Virus record (IMG/VR): IMGVR_UViG_3300027749_000055
Span: 49,660-113,659 of that record
Length of the DNA: 64,000 nt
Origin: a virus
Strand: one strand, 5' to 3'
In this document: positions 27,581-37,251 of the stretch, one piece after another
Layout: each line of letters starts with the position of its first letter
Position numbering within the stretch: position 1 is the stretch's first letter
Notes under the pieces: generated by a model
Told to the model about the DNA's origin: nothing
Database searches by the model: none
What the model saw: the letters and a program-made list of their open reading frames with translations, nothing else
Program-made: the position numbers and the translations under genes

Positions 27581-28039
27581 TTATCCTTCCAAAGAAACAG
27601 AGAGTTGCCACGCCCACTTGGAGTGAGCGTCAATTCGGTCTGCCAAAAAGTTAGCAATGCCTTGCTCGTTGAGCGATGTTGCCATATCAAAAGCGTCCTT
27701 CAGGCTTTCCAAAACGCCTTCATTTGTGCGAAGAAGGTCGTCCACAAGGTTCTGGGCAGTGAAATCGTCTACGGGGCTGTTGTCCACCGAAGAAAAGGCG
27801 GTGAGCGCAGAAAACGTAAAGGGTGCAAAAACACCGACCTTGCGAATGTTCTCCGCTAAGGGGTCAATGCTGTCGTAAACGTCCTCGTAGATTTCCTCAA
27901 ACTTGCTGTGCCACTGCGGGAAGTCACCACCGACCACGTTCCAATGGAAGCCGTGGACACGGTGATACATAATCGTCACATTGGCTAAGCAGGTGCTTAG
28001 CAAGTCCCCAAGGGGTGCGCTCTCCTTACGAATACGCAT
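27581..28039 (-). CDS. dps: Dps (mini-ferritin, DNA protection)
   Basis: HGFHWNVVGGDFPQWHSKFEEIYE...DPLAENIR; AHSKWAWQL. Confidence 0.9.
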   Translation of the reverse strand: MRIRKESAPLGDLLSTCLANVTIMYHRVHGFHWNVVGGDFPQWHSKFEEIYEDVYDSIDPLAENIRKVGVFAPFTFSALTAFSSVDNSPVDDFTAQNLVDDLLRTNEGVLESLKDAFDMATSLNEQGIANFLADRIDAHSKWAWQLSVSLEG

Positions 28040-28041
28040 TT

Positions 28042-29973
28042 TTACGCCGAACGAGGGCGACGAATCACTGCGCCTTCACGCAGAGTCCTGTCGTTGATTG
28101 CCTGACGGAAAGCGTGTGCTACTTCGCTCGCAGATTCCGCAGAACGAATGGTTTTTTCAGCGACGTTGGCTGCCTTGTCTGCCTTGTCTGCAAGACGCTG
28201 ACCATCAACCGAATCGGGGTCGCCACCCTTGCGGAGAAAGCGAGAGTAGTCATTAGCGGTCTTAGAAGCCTCACGCATTGCACGACGACCCATATGCGTT
28301 GCTTCGTAGACCTTGCCAGCGGCTTCACCCAAGTTGGTGTTCGTCATTGAGTAGAAACGCTTGGGCGACTGCAGAAGGTAGGTAGCCATAGTGCCGTGGA
28401 ACGAGGCTTCGTGCAGGTGTTCTTCAGCCTTTCCATACTCTCCACGGTTCACCAATGCACGGGCGGCTGCAATGTGGGCGGCTGCGGCTTCGAGGTGCTG
28501 ACCGTGGTTGAAGTTTTCAGTGCCAGGCCGAATGTCAAAAGTTACGCCTTGACCGTGAGCCGAGGTCTTGCGGTTGCCACGGAAGCGCAACTTTTCGTTA
28601 CTGCCTTCTTCCCTGTGGCGACCTGAGCCCTCACCGCCCTTACGCACCTTCGACTTGTTGAAAACAATGGCGGGTTCGCCCATTTCGTTTTCAATGGTGA
28701 GGCACTGAACGGCAAGGTCACGGAGACGAGCGGCCTCACGGGAGGCTGCGCCAATAGCGTCACCGTCACCGAAGGGCTTGAACTCGCTAACCAAAAAGTC
28801 GTAGAAGGTGGCGGACTGACGGAAGACCGTAGCGGCGGCTACGAACATTCCACGCTCAACCAGAGCGTCAGCCTCGTCTTCCAATGCAACAGCCGTATCA
28901 ACGAGGTCTTGCACATTTGATTTGTTGATTTTTATTTGTCCTCCTACGGACTTAGTTATCGAGAATTCGAGGTGAACTGCGTCGTCGTCACCGACAACGG
29001 CGGTCACGCCGCCACGGCCAAAATAAGATTGAACTGCGTCGGAGAGTTCCTGACCATTGGGAATGTCTCTATCCCAGAAGCCAGTACCGTGACCGTTGGC
29101 GGTCAAAACAATGTCGTCACCAATGTTTTCGTCGGGCAGACCCGATTGTTCAAGGGCGGCAATGTTGTCGCCAACAAAGTCAAAAATTGCGTCGCCCAAA
29201 GCGTTAGCGTCTCCACGGTCAAAGTCGTCAATACTGTAAGTTCCGTCCAAGAACCCACTCCATTCGTCGCCGTCGTCGGGCATAGTCTCAGTGGCAAGAA
29301 GCGCACCAAGCGCATTGCGAGTAATAACTTGCAGGTCAAAGACACGTCCGTCCAAAGTCTTCAACTTGGGGAGATTGCCGTCCAAAAAGGTCGTGGTTCT
29401 TTCGGGGTGTCGTCCTGAGCCAGGCCCGCCTTTGGCAACTACTTTGCTGTCGGGGTCGTTGTATCCAAGGAAGAGTGAGCCGCCAATGTAAACCTTGTCG
29501 CTTTCATTTTTTTGCGACAACTTTTCTGCGTCGAGAGTGGCAACGGTGGCTGCTTTGGAAGCCGCTGAAACTTGGCTAGAGGTTGCCTTGGGTTTGTCGA
29601 AGCCAGCGAGAGCCTGCGCCTCTGGTGTGGTGGGTTGTGCCCACTCGCCCATTTTGTTAGCGATAGTAGCCGCCGCCTTGTAGTGAGCGTCAGCGGCGGC
29701 GAGGTTTGCCCGAACTGCACGGTCATCACCAGCCGTTGCTTGTGCAAGTTGCTTGTGCAGGTCAGCCATAATTTCGTGCGCTTCAATAGCGGCGTTCGCT
29801 TGGTCGGGAGTAAGGTTCTTGGCATTTTCCAGAACAAGGTTAGAGAGACGAACTGCCTCGCCGCCCAAGGTTTCCTTGGTGTGAGTTGAACCCTTGGGGT
29901 AGCGACCTGAACCTGCACCGCCCTTGGCAACGTTGAGCCATTGCTCAACCGTTTTAGTGAAACTGTCCGTCAT
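28042..29973 (-). CDS. KGGxGSGR-tagged modular protein (3 tags)
   Basis: 643 aa; leader FTKTVEQWLNVAK; module with LTANGHGTGFWDR. Confidence 0.8.
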   Translation of the reverse strand: MTDSFTKTVEQWLNVAKGGAGSGRYPKGSTHTKETLGGEAVRLSNLVLENAKNLTPDQANAAIEAHEIMADLHKQLAQATAGDDRAVRANLAAADAHYKAAATIANKMGEWAQPTTPEAQALAGFDKPKATSSQVSAASKAATVATLDAEKLSQKNESDKVYIGGSLFLGYNDPDSKVVAKGGPGSGRHPERTTTFLDGNLPKLKTLDGRVFDLQVITRNALGALLATETMPDDGDEWSGFLDGTYSIDDFDRGDANALGDAIFDFVGDNIAALEQSGLPDENIGDDIVLTANGHGTGFWDRDIPNGQELSDAVQSYFGRGGVTAVVGDDDAVHLEFSITKSVGGQIKINKSNVQDLVDTAVALEDEADALVERGMFVAAATVFRQSATFYDFLVSEFKPFGDGDAIGAASREAARLRDLAVQCLTIENEMGEPAIVFNKSKVRKGGEGSGRHREEGSNEKLRFRGNRKTSAHGQGVTFDIRPGTENFNHGQHLEAAAAHIAAARALVNRGEYGKAEEHLHEASFHGTMATYLLQSPKRFYSMTNTNLGEAAGKVYEATHMGRRAMREASKTANDYSRFLRKGGDPDSVDGQRLADKADKAANVAEKTIRSAESASEVAHAFRQAINDRTLREGAVIRRPRSA

Positions 29974-30005
29974 AAACCCTCCACAAGAGTTGTCGTATCG
30001 GGCAA

Positions 30006-30029
30006 ATACTAGCCCTTGATTTGGAAAAA
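30006..30029 (-). promoter_or_regulatory. Late promoter-like motif
   Basis: TTTTTCCAAA tcaagggc TAGTAT. Confidence 0.55.
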
Positions 30030-30036
30030 CCGGATT

Positions 30037-30345
30037 CTAAAACTCTGCGTAAGCGAGCGAACTACCCGACGCAGTGACGGCGAGTGCGTAGATTGCGCCA
30101 CCGTAGGGAACATCGAGGGGCATTGACTGATTAGCGGGAAGGACGATTCCACCACCGCTGATAGCAGCCGTTCCAAGTCCAATGTAAATAGCACTCGAAC
30201 CCGTGTTTGTCAAAAACAAGTGCTTGCGGTCTGAAGCGTTGAGAACCAACGCTGACGAGGTGGTCAGCGGGGCAACCTTGCCGGACGCAAGTTGAGCGGC
30301 GGCGAGGACGACGGTTCCGTTTCCAGCAAGTGATTTGGTAGCCAT
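30037..30345 (-). CDS. Small putative virion protein
   Basis: 102 aa beta-rich, RKHLFLTNTGSSAIYIG; adjacent to the protease gene. Confidence 0.55.
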   Translation of the reverse strand: MATKSLAGNGTVVLAAAQLASGKVAPLTTSSALVLNASDRKHLFLTNTGSSAIYIGLGTAAISGGGIVLPANQSMPLDVPYGGAIYALAVTASGSSLAYAEF

Positions 30346-31860
30346 TTAGTTGTCTCCTAAGAATGTCTTGTAGGGCGATTCTTCCACGGGAAGGTCGGCT
30401 TCGACACCTGAGCCCGTGCCACCGATTGAGTAGCCACGGAGTTTGCCTTCCTTCACAAGTTCCCAAGCCCACGGTTCCCACTGAACACCGAGGAAAACGG
30501 TTCCGGCGGGGAATGAAACCTGCTTGATTTCACCACTGTTTGCCTGAAGCATTGGAACGGTGACTTCGTGCGGCCAAGTGAGGGCTTCGAGCCATTCTCC
30601 CGCCACAATGTCCACGTTGTGCTGAAGGCGAATCTGCCTGTCTCCGTTGCGGACGTAGCCCCAGAGTGCTTCTTGGAGTTCCTGCGGGTCAGTCCACTCG
30701 CCGTGAGCGTCTGAGCGATAAGGCACATACCACGGGCCCATTGTGTAGCGTTGCTCGTCCGACTTGCGAATTTGATTGGGAATTAACTCGGATTTTTGCA
30801 GAAGGTTTGCGTCCTGCACAACCTCAGGGTTTACTTCTTCAATAACAGTCATAGTTTCCGGCACAAACTTGGGCTTGCGACGGAAACTGCCGACAAATGA
30901 GCCCACTCCGCCACCGTTGCTCGGTGCGTCAATGTGGACGCTGGCAACGTCGGGGTTATTTTTGCGGTAGGGACGGCGGGGAGCGTCCTCGGAATCGTCC
31001 TCGTCACTTTCCATATCTTCTTCTTCTTGGTCTTCGGGAGAGCCAAAAATGTCCTCGTCTTCTTCGTCACGGTCACGACCAAAGCCAAAGAACTTGTTGT
31101 ATTCGACCTCAGAAGTGGCTTCCGCCTCTTCCAAAACTTCAACCATATTCAGACGACACCAACCGTCAGCGTCGCACTGAACGGCAACCCATTGGCAACC
31201 ATTGAGAGTGCCCGCCACGCAGTTTGAGCAAGTCAAACCACGGTCACGGAACGGTGAAATCGAGACGTAGGACACGTCAGTTGTGGGGAAACGACCCAGA
31301 TTTTGAACCGTCTCGTCCAAATCCTCGGCAAGTTCAACCTGCCACGGGTCAAGACCGTCCTTCCAATTCGAACCCAACATTTCACTATCGTCAGAAGACG
31401 AAGAATCGCTGGAATCTGAACTGTCGCTGGACGAAGAAGAATCACTGCTGTCCGAGTATTCGCTTGAACTGTCGTCGTATTCGGAAGAATCTTCCATAGA
31501 ACTGTAGTCATCTGAGTCATCTTCGGTGTCTTCTTGCATAGCCGAGAGAATGGCTGCGACGGTAGCGGGGTTTAGCGTCACCTGAACGTCCGTGGAAGAA
31601 TCGTCTTCAACGTCGGCAGGAACGGGGCTGGGCGTGAATGAAAACGGGAAGCCGACAGCCTTCTTGCTAGGAACCATTTTGAGGGAAACCTCTCCGTTTT
31701 TTTCCACGGCGGTCAATGTTGCGGTTTCGTAACCCTCGTTGAGTAGTCGTGCGGCGTATTCCCGCACCTCCCCGTCAATGGATTTGTTGATAATAACGCT
31801 GGCGAGTTCAACTTCTTCTATCACGTCAATAATCTTTGAGTTGTCCACAACTTCTCCCAC
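30346..31860 (-). CDS. XkdF-like prohead serine protease with acidic N-terminal region and HiPIP-like Cys domain
   Basis: EQRYTMGPWYVP...DAHGEW...LQH...AWELVKEGKLRGYSIGG; CSNC...C...GWC. Confidence 0.8.
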   Translation of the reverse strand: MGEVVDNSKIIDVIEEVELASVIINKSIDGEVREYAARLLNEGYETATLTAVEKNGEVSLKMVPSKKAVGFPFSFTPSPVPADVEDDSSTDVQVTLNPATVAAILSAMQEDTEDDSDDYSSMEDSSEYDDSSSEYSDSSDSSSSSDSSDSSDSSSSDDSEMLGSNWKDGLDPWQVELAEDLDETVQNLGRFPTTDVSYVSISPFRDRGLTCSNCVAGTLNGCQWVAVQCDADGWCRLNMVEVLEEAEATSEVEYNKFFGFGRDRDEEDEDIFGSPEDQEEEDMESDEDDSEDAPRRPYRKNNPDVASVHIDAPSNGGGVGSFVGSFRRKPKFVPETMTVIEEVNPEVVQDANLLQKSELIPNQIRKSDEQRYTMGPWYVPYRSDAHGEWTDPQELQEALWGYVRNGDRQIRLQHNVDIVAGEWLEALTWPHEVTVPMLQANSGEIKQVSFPAGTVFLGVQWEPWAWELVKEGKLRGYSIGGTGSGVEADLPVEESPYKTFLGDN

Positions 31861-31905
31861 TATGCGTTTACTAAAATGCTACTGCGTGTTTCCAAAACAA
31901 ACGGT

Positions 31906-32013
31906 CTATGCCCGTGGTTGCCGTGCCTTTAGAGCGGTAGCGGGAGAGACACGGCGAAGGGTTGTGCGATTCTTCTTGGGTTGTGCGCTTACTTTACGAA
32001 AACGTAGGGTCAC
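31906..32013 (-). CDS. Very basic 35 aa peptide
   Basis: GTGA overlap with the portal stop; MTLRFRKVSAQPKKNRTTLRR... Confidence 0.4.
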   Translation of the reverse strand: MTLRFRKVSAQPKKNRTTLRRVSPATALKARQPRA

Positions 32014-33680
32014 GACGTAGTTCCTTGGTTGTTAGTTAGCGGGCCGTTCGCCCCCGTCTTCGGACGCTTGATTTGCCGTCCTACCTTACCAGCGGTGTTA
32101 CTACCGCCCGTCTTTCCTTTGCCCTTCTTGGAGCCTGCGCCGACGGTGGGGGGTGCTTGTCCGGTGTATCCGGCAGAGGTAATATCCTCTTGAAGTCCGC
32201 TACCGCCAGACATATCGTTCAGTCCGCCCTGCGGATTTTGAACGTCCGAGGCTTCGGTTTTTCCTTCGGGGCTTGCACCGGAAGGCTTCTCTGCCACAAA
32301 AGGTTTGTTGTGGTCTTCGGCGGGCGTGTCCGCAACGGTCTGACCGCCATAACGCTTGTTGTCCGACAAGCCATTTGCCTCCGGCTGAAAACCAGGCAAC
32401 CCCGCCAACTCTCGGAGGTATTCTTCCAAATTGTTGTCGGGGGTAAGCAACTTGGCGTTGGTGATGTTTGTGAGGAACGCACCGAGTTCCTGCAAGTCCA
32501 CGGCGGAAATCTGACCATATGCCAACTGCGGGCAACGTGCCGTGTCCATACCGTTGAGTTGGAGAAGGCGGGGAATGGCGTGAGAATTGAAGACCTCAGC
32601 AATGAGGCGAACCCACGATTCCACTGCGGAGACAAAGAGGTCTACCTTCGAGGTTCCGAGGGCAAACGAACCCACCGATTCGTGACCGAGCATAATGAAG
32701 TCCGCCAGAACCGTCATAGCAATATGTTGGTTATAGCGAGTGATGATTTGGTCGGTGTTGAACTGACGGTTTCCGCCCGACGTTAGCAACTTAAAGTCCA
32801 CAAGGGGCTTGCCTGCCTCGTCAAAGATTGCGGGCAAAATAATGCCTTCGGTCTGGTTGCGCTTTACACCACGGACAATTGCTTCCATAGCGGCAAGTGC
32901 GGATTTTTCCGCAGGAGTAGCCGAAGACGACAACCATTCTGGCGGAACATACGCCATTGGCAGACCGGCAAGGTCACGCTCAACGCCGACGGCTTCAAAT
33001 TCCTCAATGCGACGCTTGTAATACCACGACTTGAAGGCGTTACGAAGAACTGAACGACCTTCGGGGTTTCCACGGGCGGTTGTAGTGCGGAACAGCAAAG
33101 CCTTCTCAATTGGAATAACGTTTAAGCGACCCGTCGTCGGGTCACGCTGAATCATTGCCTTGATTCCACCACTCTCGTCAAACTGCCACTGCCAGAGCGA
33201 GTCTTGGGTTCGCATAGCAATCTTGCGCCAGCCGATTTTGTTGTCCGAATACTTGGAACGCTTGGCGGGGTCTTTTTGCTTCGGCCCCTTGCGCTGCTTG
33301 TAAATCAGTTCAAAGAATGACCAGCCGTAAGGCAAGAACGACAGAACTGCAATAATAAGTTCGTGCCAACTGTGCGACATATCGTCCATACACTCGGCAA
33401 TAAACTGTGCGACGGCACGGTCATTATCCGTGGGGGTTTCACCCGTGGTGTCGTCGTAGGGGTCAATGCGCCAATCCACCTGAAGGATTACACGCTCGAT
33501 AGCAAATAACATTGCGCCGATAATTGGGTCGTTCTCCGACATATCTCGATAAGCGGTTTGTGCTTGCTTACCTCGAAGTTGGGGGAGGATATCGTCAATG
33601 ACGAATCCACCTGTGCGCCAAAGACCCGACGCACCTAGTTCTGAGAAGTTGTCTAAGGGAATCTTCTCGTTATCGGGCAT
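32010..33680 (-). CDS. Portal protein
   Basis: 556 aa; AYRDMSENDP, NPEGRSVLRNAFKSW...IEEFEAVGVERDLAGLP, GSFALG; upstream of the protease. Confidence 0.88.
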   Translation of the reverse strand: MPDNEKIPLDNFSELGASGLWRTGGFVIDDILPQLRGKQAQTAYRDMSENDPIIGAMLFAIERVILQVDWRIDPYDDTTGETPTDNDRAVAQFIAECMDDMSHSWHELIIAVLSFLPYGWSFFELIYKQRKGPKQKDPAKRSKYSDNKIGWRKIAMRTQDSLWQWQFDESGGIKAMIQRDPTTGRLNVIPIEKALLFRTTTARGNPEGRSVLRNAFKSWYYKRRIEEFEAVGVERDLAGLPMAYVPPEWLSSSATPAEKSALAAMEAIVRGVKRNQTEGIILPAIFDEAGKPLVDFKLLTSGGNRQFNTDQIITRYNQHIAMTVLADFIMLGHESVGSFALGTSKVDLFVSAVESWVRLIAEVFNSHAIPRLLQLNGMDTARCPQLAYGQISAVDLQELGAFLTNITNAKLLTPDNNLEEYLRELAGLPGFQPEANGLSDNKRYGGQTVADTPAEDHNKPFVAEKPSGASPEGKTEASDVQNPQGGLNDMSGGSGLQEDITSAGYTGQAPPTVGAGSKKGKGKTGGSNTAGKVGRQIKRPKTGANGPLTNNQGTTS

Positions 33681-34056
33681 TTCTACTCCGTGCGTCTATT
33701 TGCTGGCTTGCTTTCAAAAGGCTACTACCCTTTTTCACTACAGAACTAATCCTTTTCCGTTGAGTGATAGAGTGTCCGCCCCAAACCCCAAACGGTTCTT
33801 CCAAACCAAATTCGAGACACTCGTAGCGAACGGGGCACTTTAAGCACAATTTGCGAGCCTGCGCTAAGTGGTTTGCGCCGTGCCCTGTATTGCTTTCGGG
33901 AAAAAACGTATCGAGGTATTGGGCTTTTATTTCACTGTTTCGACAGATTGCCTCGTTAAACCACATTGGCGAACGCATTGCTTCGGCAAGGTCATACTCA
34001 ACAACGAGAACTTCAATGGGATTTGGGTCAAATGCGTCCAAAAACTCCCAACCCAT
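33670..34056 (-). CDS. whiB: WhiB-family transcription factor
   Basis: AIC...FFPE...ARKLCLKCPVRYECLEFGL...GVWGG. Confidence 0.9.
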   Translation of the reverse strand: MGWEFLDAFDPNPIEVLVVEYDLAEAMRSPMWFNEAICRNSEIKAQYLDTFFPESNTGHGANHLAQARKLCLKCPVRYECLEFGLEEPFGVWGGHSITQRKRISSVVKKGSSLLKASQQIDARSRNAR

Positions 34057-34265
34057 TACAAATCGCCTTCGTGTATCGAGCAAAAGGCTAGAAACCTGAG
34101 AGCCTCAGATTCGGTAAAACCGACTTCTCGCATTGCCACATACGATTGGTGTAATTCCGTGAAAGCCAAATGAAGGGCAATGGGGTTTACAAAACCCCCG
34201 TCAAAAGGTGTCTCGCCCGCAATGTCCTTATCAAAATCGTCATTTCCAATCGGTTTTTCTTCCAC
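34056..34265 (-). CDS. Hypothetical protein
   Basis: ELHQSYVAMREVGFTESEAL. Confidence 0.55.
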   Translation of the reverse strand: MEEKPIGNDDFDKDIAGETPFDGGFVNPIALHLAFTELHQSYVAMREVGFTESEALRFLAFCSIHEGDL

Positions 34266-34326
34266 GGAAGAATAATTTACAACATATTGGAACTAGACGG
34301 GTGGATAGCCACAATATGTAGTGGAC

Positions 34327-34422
34327 AAAAAAACAAAACCCACCCACGGGAGGCTGGTAGGAAAGGAGGTAACTTTCCAGCCTCACGCCCCGAACAAGAA
34401 AAAGGGCTATCCGTGAGTGGGT
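34327..34422 (-). terminator. Branched terminator-like structure with anti-Shine-Dalgarno loop
   Basis: Three stems plus U tract downstream of ssb. Confidence 0.55.
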
Positions 34423-34473
34423 CTTGCGGACGGTTGCCGACCCTAAGGGTAAGGGTTCAGCACCGAGTGTTGC

Positions 34474-34905
34474 CTAGAACGGCTCGTCGCTGTAGTCCAT
34501 CGTCGCCTGTGAGCGAGTCGGGGTTGATGACGAAGTTCCGCCGTCCTGACGCTGGGTCTTGGTAGCGACAACGGTTGCCCAGCGGACGCTTGCGCCCACC
34601 TCGTCCACGTTCAATTGCAACTTTGAACGCTTCTGTCCGCTCTCTTTGTCCTCCCAAGAGTTCTGCTTCAAAGAGCCCGTGACCATAAGGCGAGTGCCCT
34701 TCGAGAAAGAGTTGGCGAAGTTCTCCGCCATTTCTCCGAAGATAGAGCAGTCAATGTAGGAAGGTTCTCCGGCTTCCCATTCGCCCGTCTGGGGGTTCTT
34801 CTTGCCGTGGTTCTTGGCAATTGTGAAGTTCACATACGGCTTACCGCCCTGCGTGAACTTGATTTCGGGGTCGGCAACCAAGTTGCCGATTTCTGTCGTG
34901 GACAT
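34474..34905 (-). CDS. ssb: Single-stranded DNA-binding protein
   Basis: GNLVADPEIKFT...AEN...KGTRLMVTGSLKQNSWEDKESGQKRS; acidic C-terminus ending PF. Confidence 0.95.
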   Translation of the reverse strand: MSTTEIGNLVADPEIKFTQGGKPYVNFTIAKNHGKKNPQTGEWEAGEPSYIDCSIFGEMAENFANSFSKGTRLMVTGSLKQNSWEDKESGQKRSKLQLNVDEVGASVRWATVVATKTQRQDGGTSSSTPTRSQATMDYSDEPF

Positions 34906-34935
34906 TTTTGTCCCTGCTTTCTATGTAGGTAATGC

Positions 34936-35190
34936 TTAGTTGGTCGTCGGTTGCGTGAGCAACTTTTGAGCCGCACTAATAGTAGCAAGGTTGAGTAATA
35001 CTTGTCTACCCCTACCGGAAGCAATTTCTCGACGCACCTCGGTCTTGGTAAGTTCGGTTAGTTCGAGAATCCAATCAACGGCTTCGTGAAGCATTTGAAG
35101 ACGGATTTTGTCTAAGGCGACAGCAGCCTCTAGACCTTCTTCAAGGGCTATTGTTCGTGCCCGCTCTGCGGTGAGTGCTTCGTTGTCCAT
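34936..35190 (-). CDS. Hypothetical protein
   Basis: 84 aa ORF. Confidence 0.55.
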   Translation of the reverse strand: MDNEALTAERARTIALEEGLEAAVALDKIRLQMLHEAVDWILELTELTKTEVRREIASGRGRQVLLNLATISAAQKLLTQPTTN

Positions 35191-35269
35191 AGGTTCAATT
35201 GCATTTGTTGAACCGAATCTAACATCGAGTTTTGGAAACTTTGTGAATACAGCCGTCCAGCGACGGGGG

Positions 35270-35620
35270 TTATGGAACGAAGCGGTTGGACGCAGATAGC
35301 GTTCGCAGTGCGTCGAGATTCGCCTTCATAGCGGAGATTGCTTCTCGTAGGGTTGAGAGGTTGTTCTTCGAGAGAAACGCCTCACGACGTAGTTCAGCCG
35401 TCCGCACGGTTGCCTCATCATCTACGAGGTCTACGGTTGCCTTCTCGCCACGCTCTCTAGCGTCATAGCGGAAGCGCAAACGTTCTTGGGCAAAGGCGAT
35501 TTCGTAGTCCGTCTCAGCGATAGCCGCTTTGCGACCCGCCTCACGGATTTCCCCAACCAGCGAGTTGAGAGCGTCCTGATATCGCTCAATCTGTTCCTGA
35601 ATCTGCTCTTGCGTCAGCAC
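35270..35620 (-). CDS. Hypothetical coiled-coil protein
   Basis: 116 aa, GGAGG RBS. Confidence 0.6.
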   Translation of the reverse strand: MLTQEQIQEQIERYQDALNSLVGEIREAGRKAAIAETDYEIAFAQERLRFRYDARERGEKATVDLVDDEATVRTAELRREAFLSKNNLSTLREAISAMKANLDALRTLSASNRFVP

Positions 35621-35690
35621 AAATCCTCCTTTGAAGACGACGTAGCGAGGCTAAGGATAGCCCCAGCCCCGCTACGTTGCAACTAATTGT

Positions 35691-36311
35691 TTAGAGATAC
35701 TTCTTGGCGCAGTCCGGGCCGAGTCCACGGTGCAGGCTGGCGGGGACGGTCAGGGTGCGACCACAAGCGGCGCAGGTTCCTGAAGCGAGGGCGACAGCCT
35801 CCGCCACGTTGAGGAACTCCTTGCGGGCTTCGTCAAGGTCGCCCGTGAAGAGCAACTGCGTCGCAGCAATGACCTTCTCAGACGGGTTGGCGGAACGCCA
35901 GACCTTCAAGCCCTGAGCGGTTATGAAGCCGAAGCCTTTGTAGTTCACGTCGTTGTCCGAGCCGTTGAGGACGCTGACTTGAATCTGCCCCTTAGCAAAC
36001 GAACACTTGGATACCTTCAGCGTGACCCAGCCGTTCTGACCGTCAGTGACGGTGTAGATACCGAGGGGAACTTCACGGGTGGGGGCGGTGTTGGCAACCA
36101 CCTGAGCGTTCTCTGCCCGACCTGAACCGACCTTGCGAGAGCAAGCGAGCAAAGCGTCAATGACCTGCGAAGCGTCCGCCTTCGAGAGCAACTCCGCCTC
36201 CGCCTTCTGACGAAGGGTGAATGGAGCGTTGCGCTGGTCGAGCAAGTCCTTGATGTAGGACAACTGACGGTCGGTTGCTTGGTCGTAGTTGGTGCTGTAT
36301 GTGGTGTTCAT
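35691..36311 (-). CDS. DUF6011-domain protein
   Basis: CAACGRTLTVPASLHRGLGPDC; AAGGAGG RBS before MNTTYS. Confidence 0.7.
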   Translation of the reverse strand: MNTTYSTNYDQATDRQLSYIKDLLDQRNAPFTLRQKAEAELLSKADASQVIDALLACSRKVGSGRAENAQVVANTAPTREVPLGIYTVTDGQNGWVTLKVSKCSFAKGQIQVSVLNGSDNDVNYKGFGFITAQGLKVWRSANPSEKVIAATQLLFTGDLDEARKEFLNVAEAVALASGTCAACGRTLTVPASLHRGLGPDCAKKYL

Positions 36312-36493
36312 AGTTTCCTCCTTGTTGAACTTCACAACTTGAAGTATAGGGGGGTTGTGTGACGTAATCAAATCAAAGCAAGCATTTGAGTCAAGTTTTT
36401 TGTGCTTCTCATCAGGGGGTTTACAAATTCTTGAAAGTTTTTTGGACAATTTGGGTTGAAAGACCCGCTTATATAAGTGAGAAGGAGGTTCGA

Positions 36494-36877
36494 ATGGAAA
36501 TGCCATTCAATCAAATGCCTAGTGGCTTGGGCATTGCTCACTACTTCATTGAAGAGTGTGCGGGTAAGTCACAGGGGTCGGAAGGGTTCGACCTTTATCG
36601 TGAGGGCGACGACTACTGCTATGCGTGGAAGCAGTTGGAGTGCGACTTCGATTATGAGGCTTCGTATCTCTTAGAGGTTCGCACCTCAATCAACGGCAAT
36701 GAGACACGGGATTTTCTTATGGTTGTGAACAAGGGTGGAAAGGTCACGGCTCAGTGGCACAACAAGCCCGTCCACGCCTTCTGTTCGAAGAACGAATGGA
36801 ACGACCATATGACGGAAGGTATCCGTTGGTTCGCTAACAGCACTACCTTCAACTTTGCCGACGACTACGAGAACTAA
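36494..36877 (+). CDS. Hypothetical protein
   Basis: AAGGAGG RBS before MEMPF; divergent from the previous gene. Confidence 0.65.
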   Translation: MEMPFNQMPSGLGIAHYFIEECAGKSQGSEGFDLYREGDDYCYAWKQLECDFDYEASYLLEVRTSINGNETRDFLMVVNKGGKVTAQWHNKPVHAFCSKNEWNDHMTEGIRWFANSTTFNFADDYEN

Positions 36878-37251
36878 TGAGCGTCCTCGTCGTGTTCGTG
36901 GTGCAGAGCGATTTCTTGATTTAGTTCGTGGAGGGTTTGCTCTGCCATTAGTAGAGCAGCCTCCGCTTCTTCGAGACGGTCATCAACGATTGCGTCTGCC
37001 TCGTCGTGAACGAATCGCTCGCCAATCTTCACGCCAAATACCGCACCCCAAAAGTTGCCGATAATCAACGCACCAATTTCGAGGGGCGACGTGTTGAGGG
37101 CATACTTGGCTGCGTAAATCCAAAACAGGGCATAGATAGATTCAAACAGACCGCCGAGATATGGGCGGTTTCGAGCCTCCGACTGAACCATAAGGGTTGA
37201 GGCGATATTGGAAACTACAAAACAGACAAGTGTGATGAGGGCGAGTTTCAT
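36874..37251 (-). CDS. Membrane protein (lysis cassette, possible holin)
   Basis: Three hydrophobic segments. Confidence 0.55.
   Translation of the reverse strand: MKLALITLVCFVVSNIASTLMVQSEARNRPYLGGLFESIYALFWIYAAKYALNTSPLEIGALIIGNFWGAVFGVKIGERFVHDEADAIVDDRLEEAEAALLMAEQTLHELNQEIALHHEHDEDAH

Noticed and set aside
2124-32786. Long plus-strand ORFs such as 10157-10924, 10957-11649 and 32073-32786
   Set aside because: Antisense shadows of well-supported minus-strand genes, with no motifs
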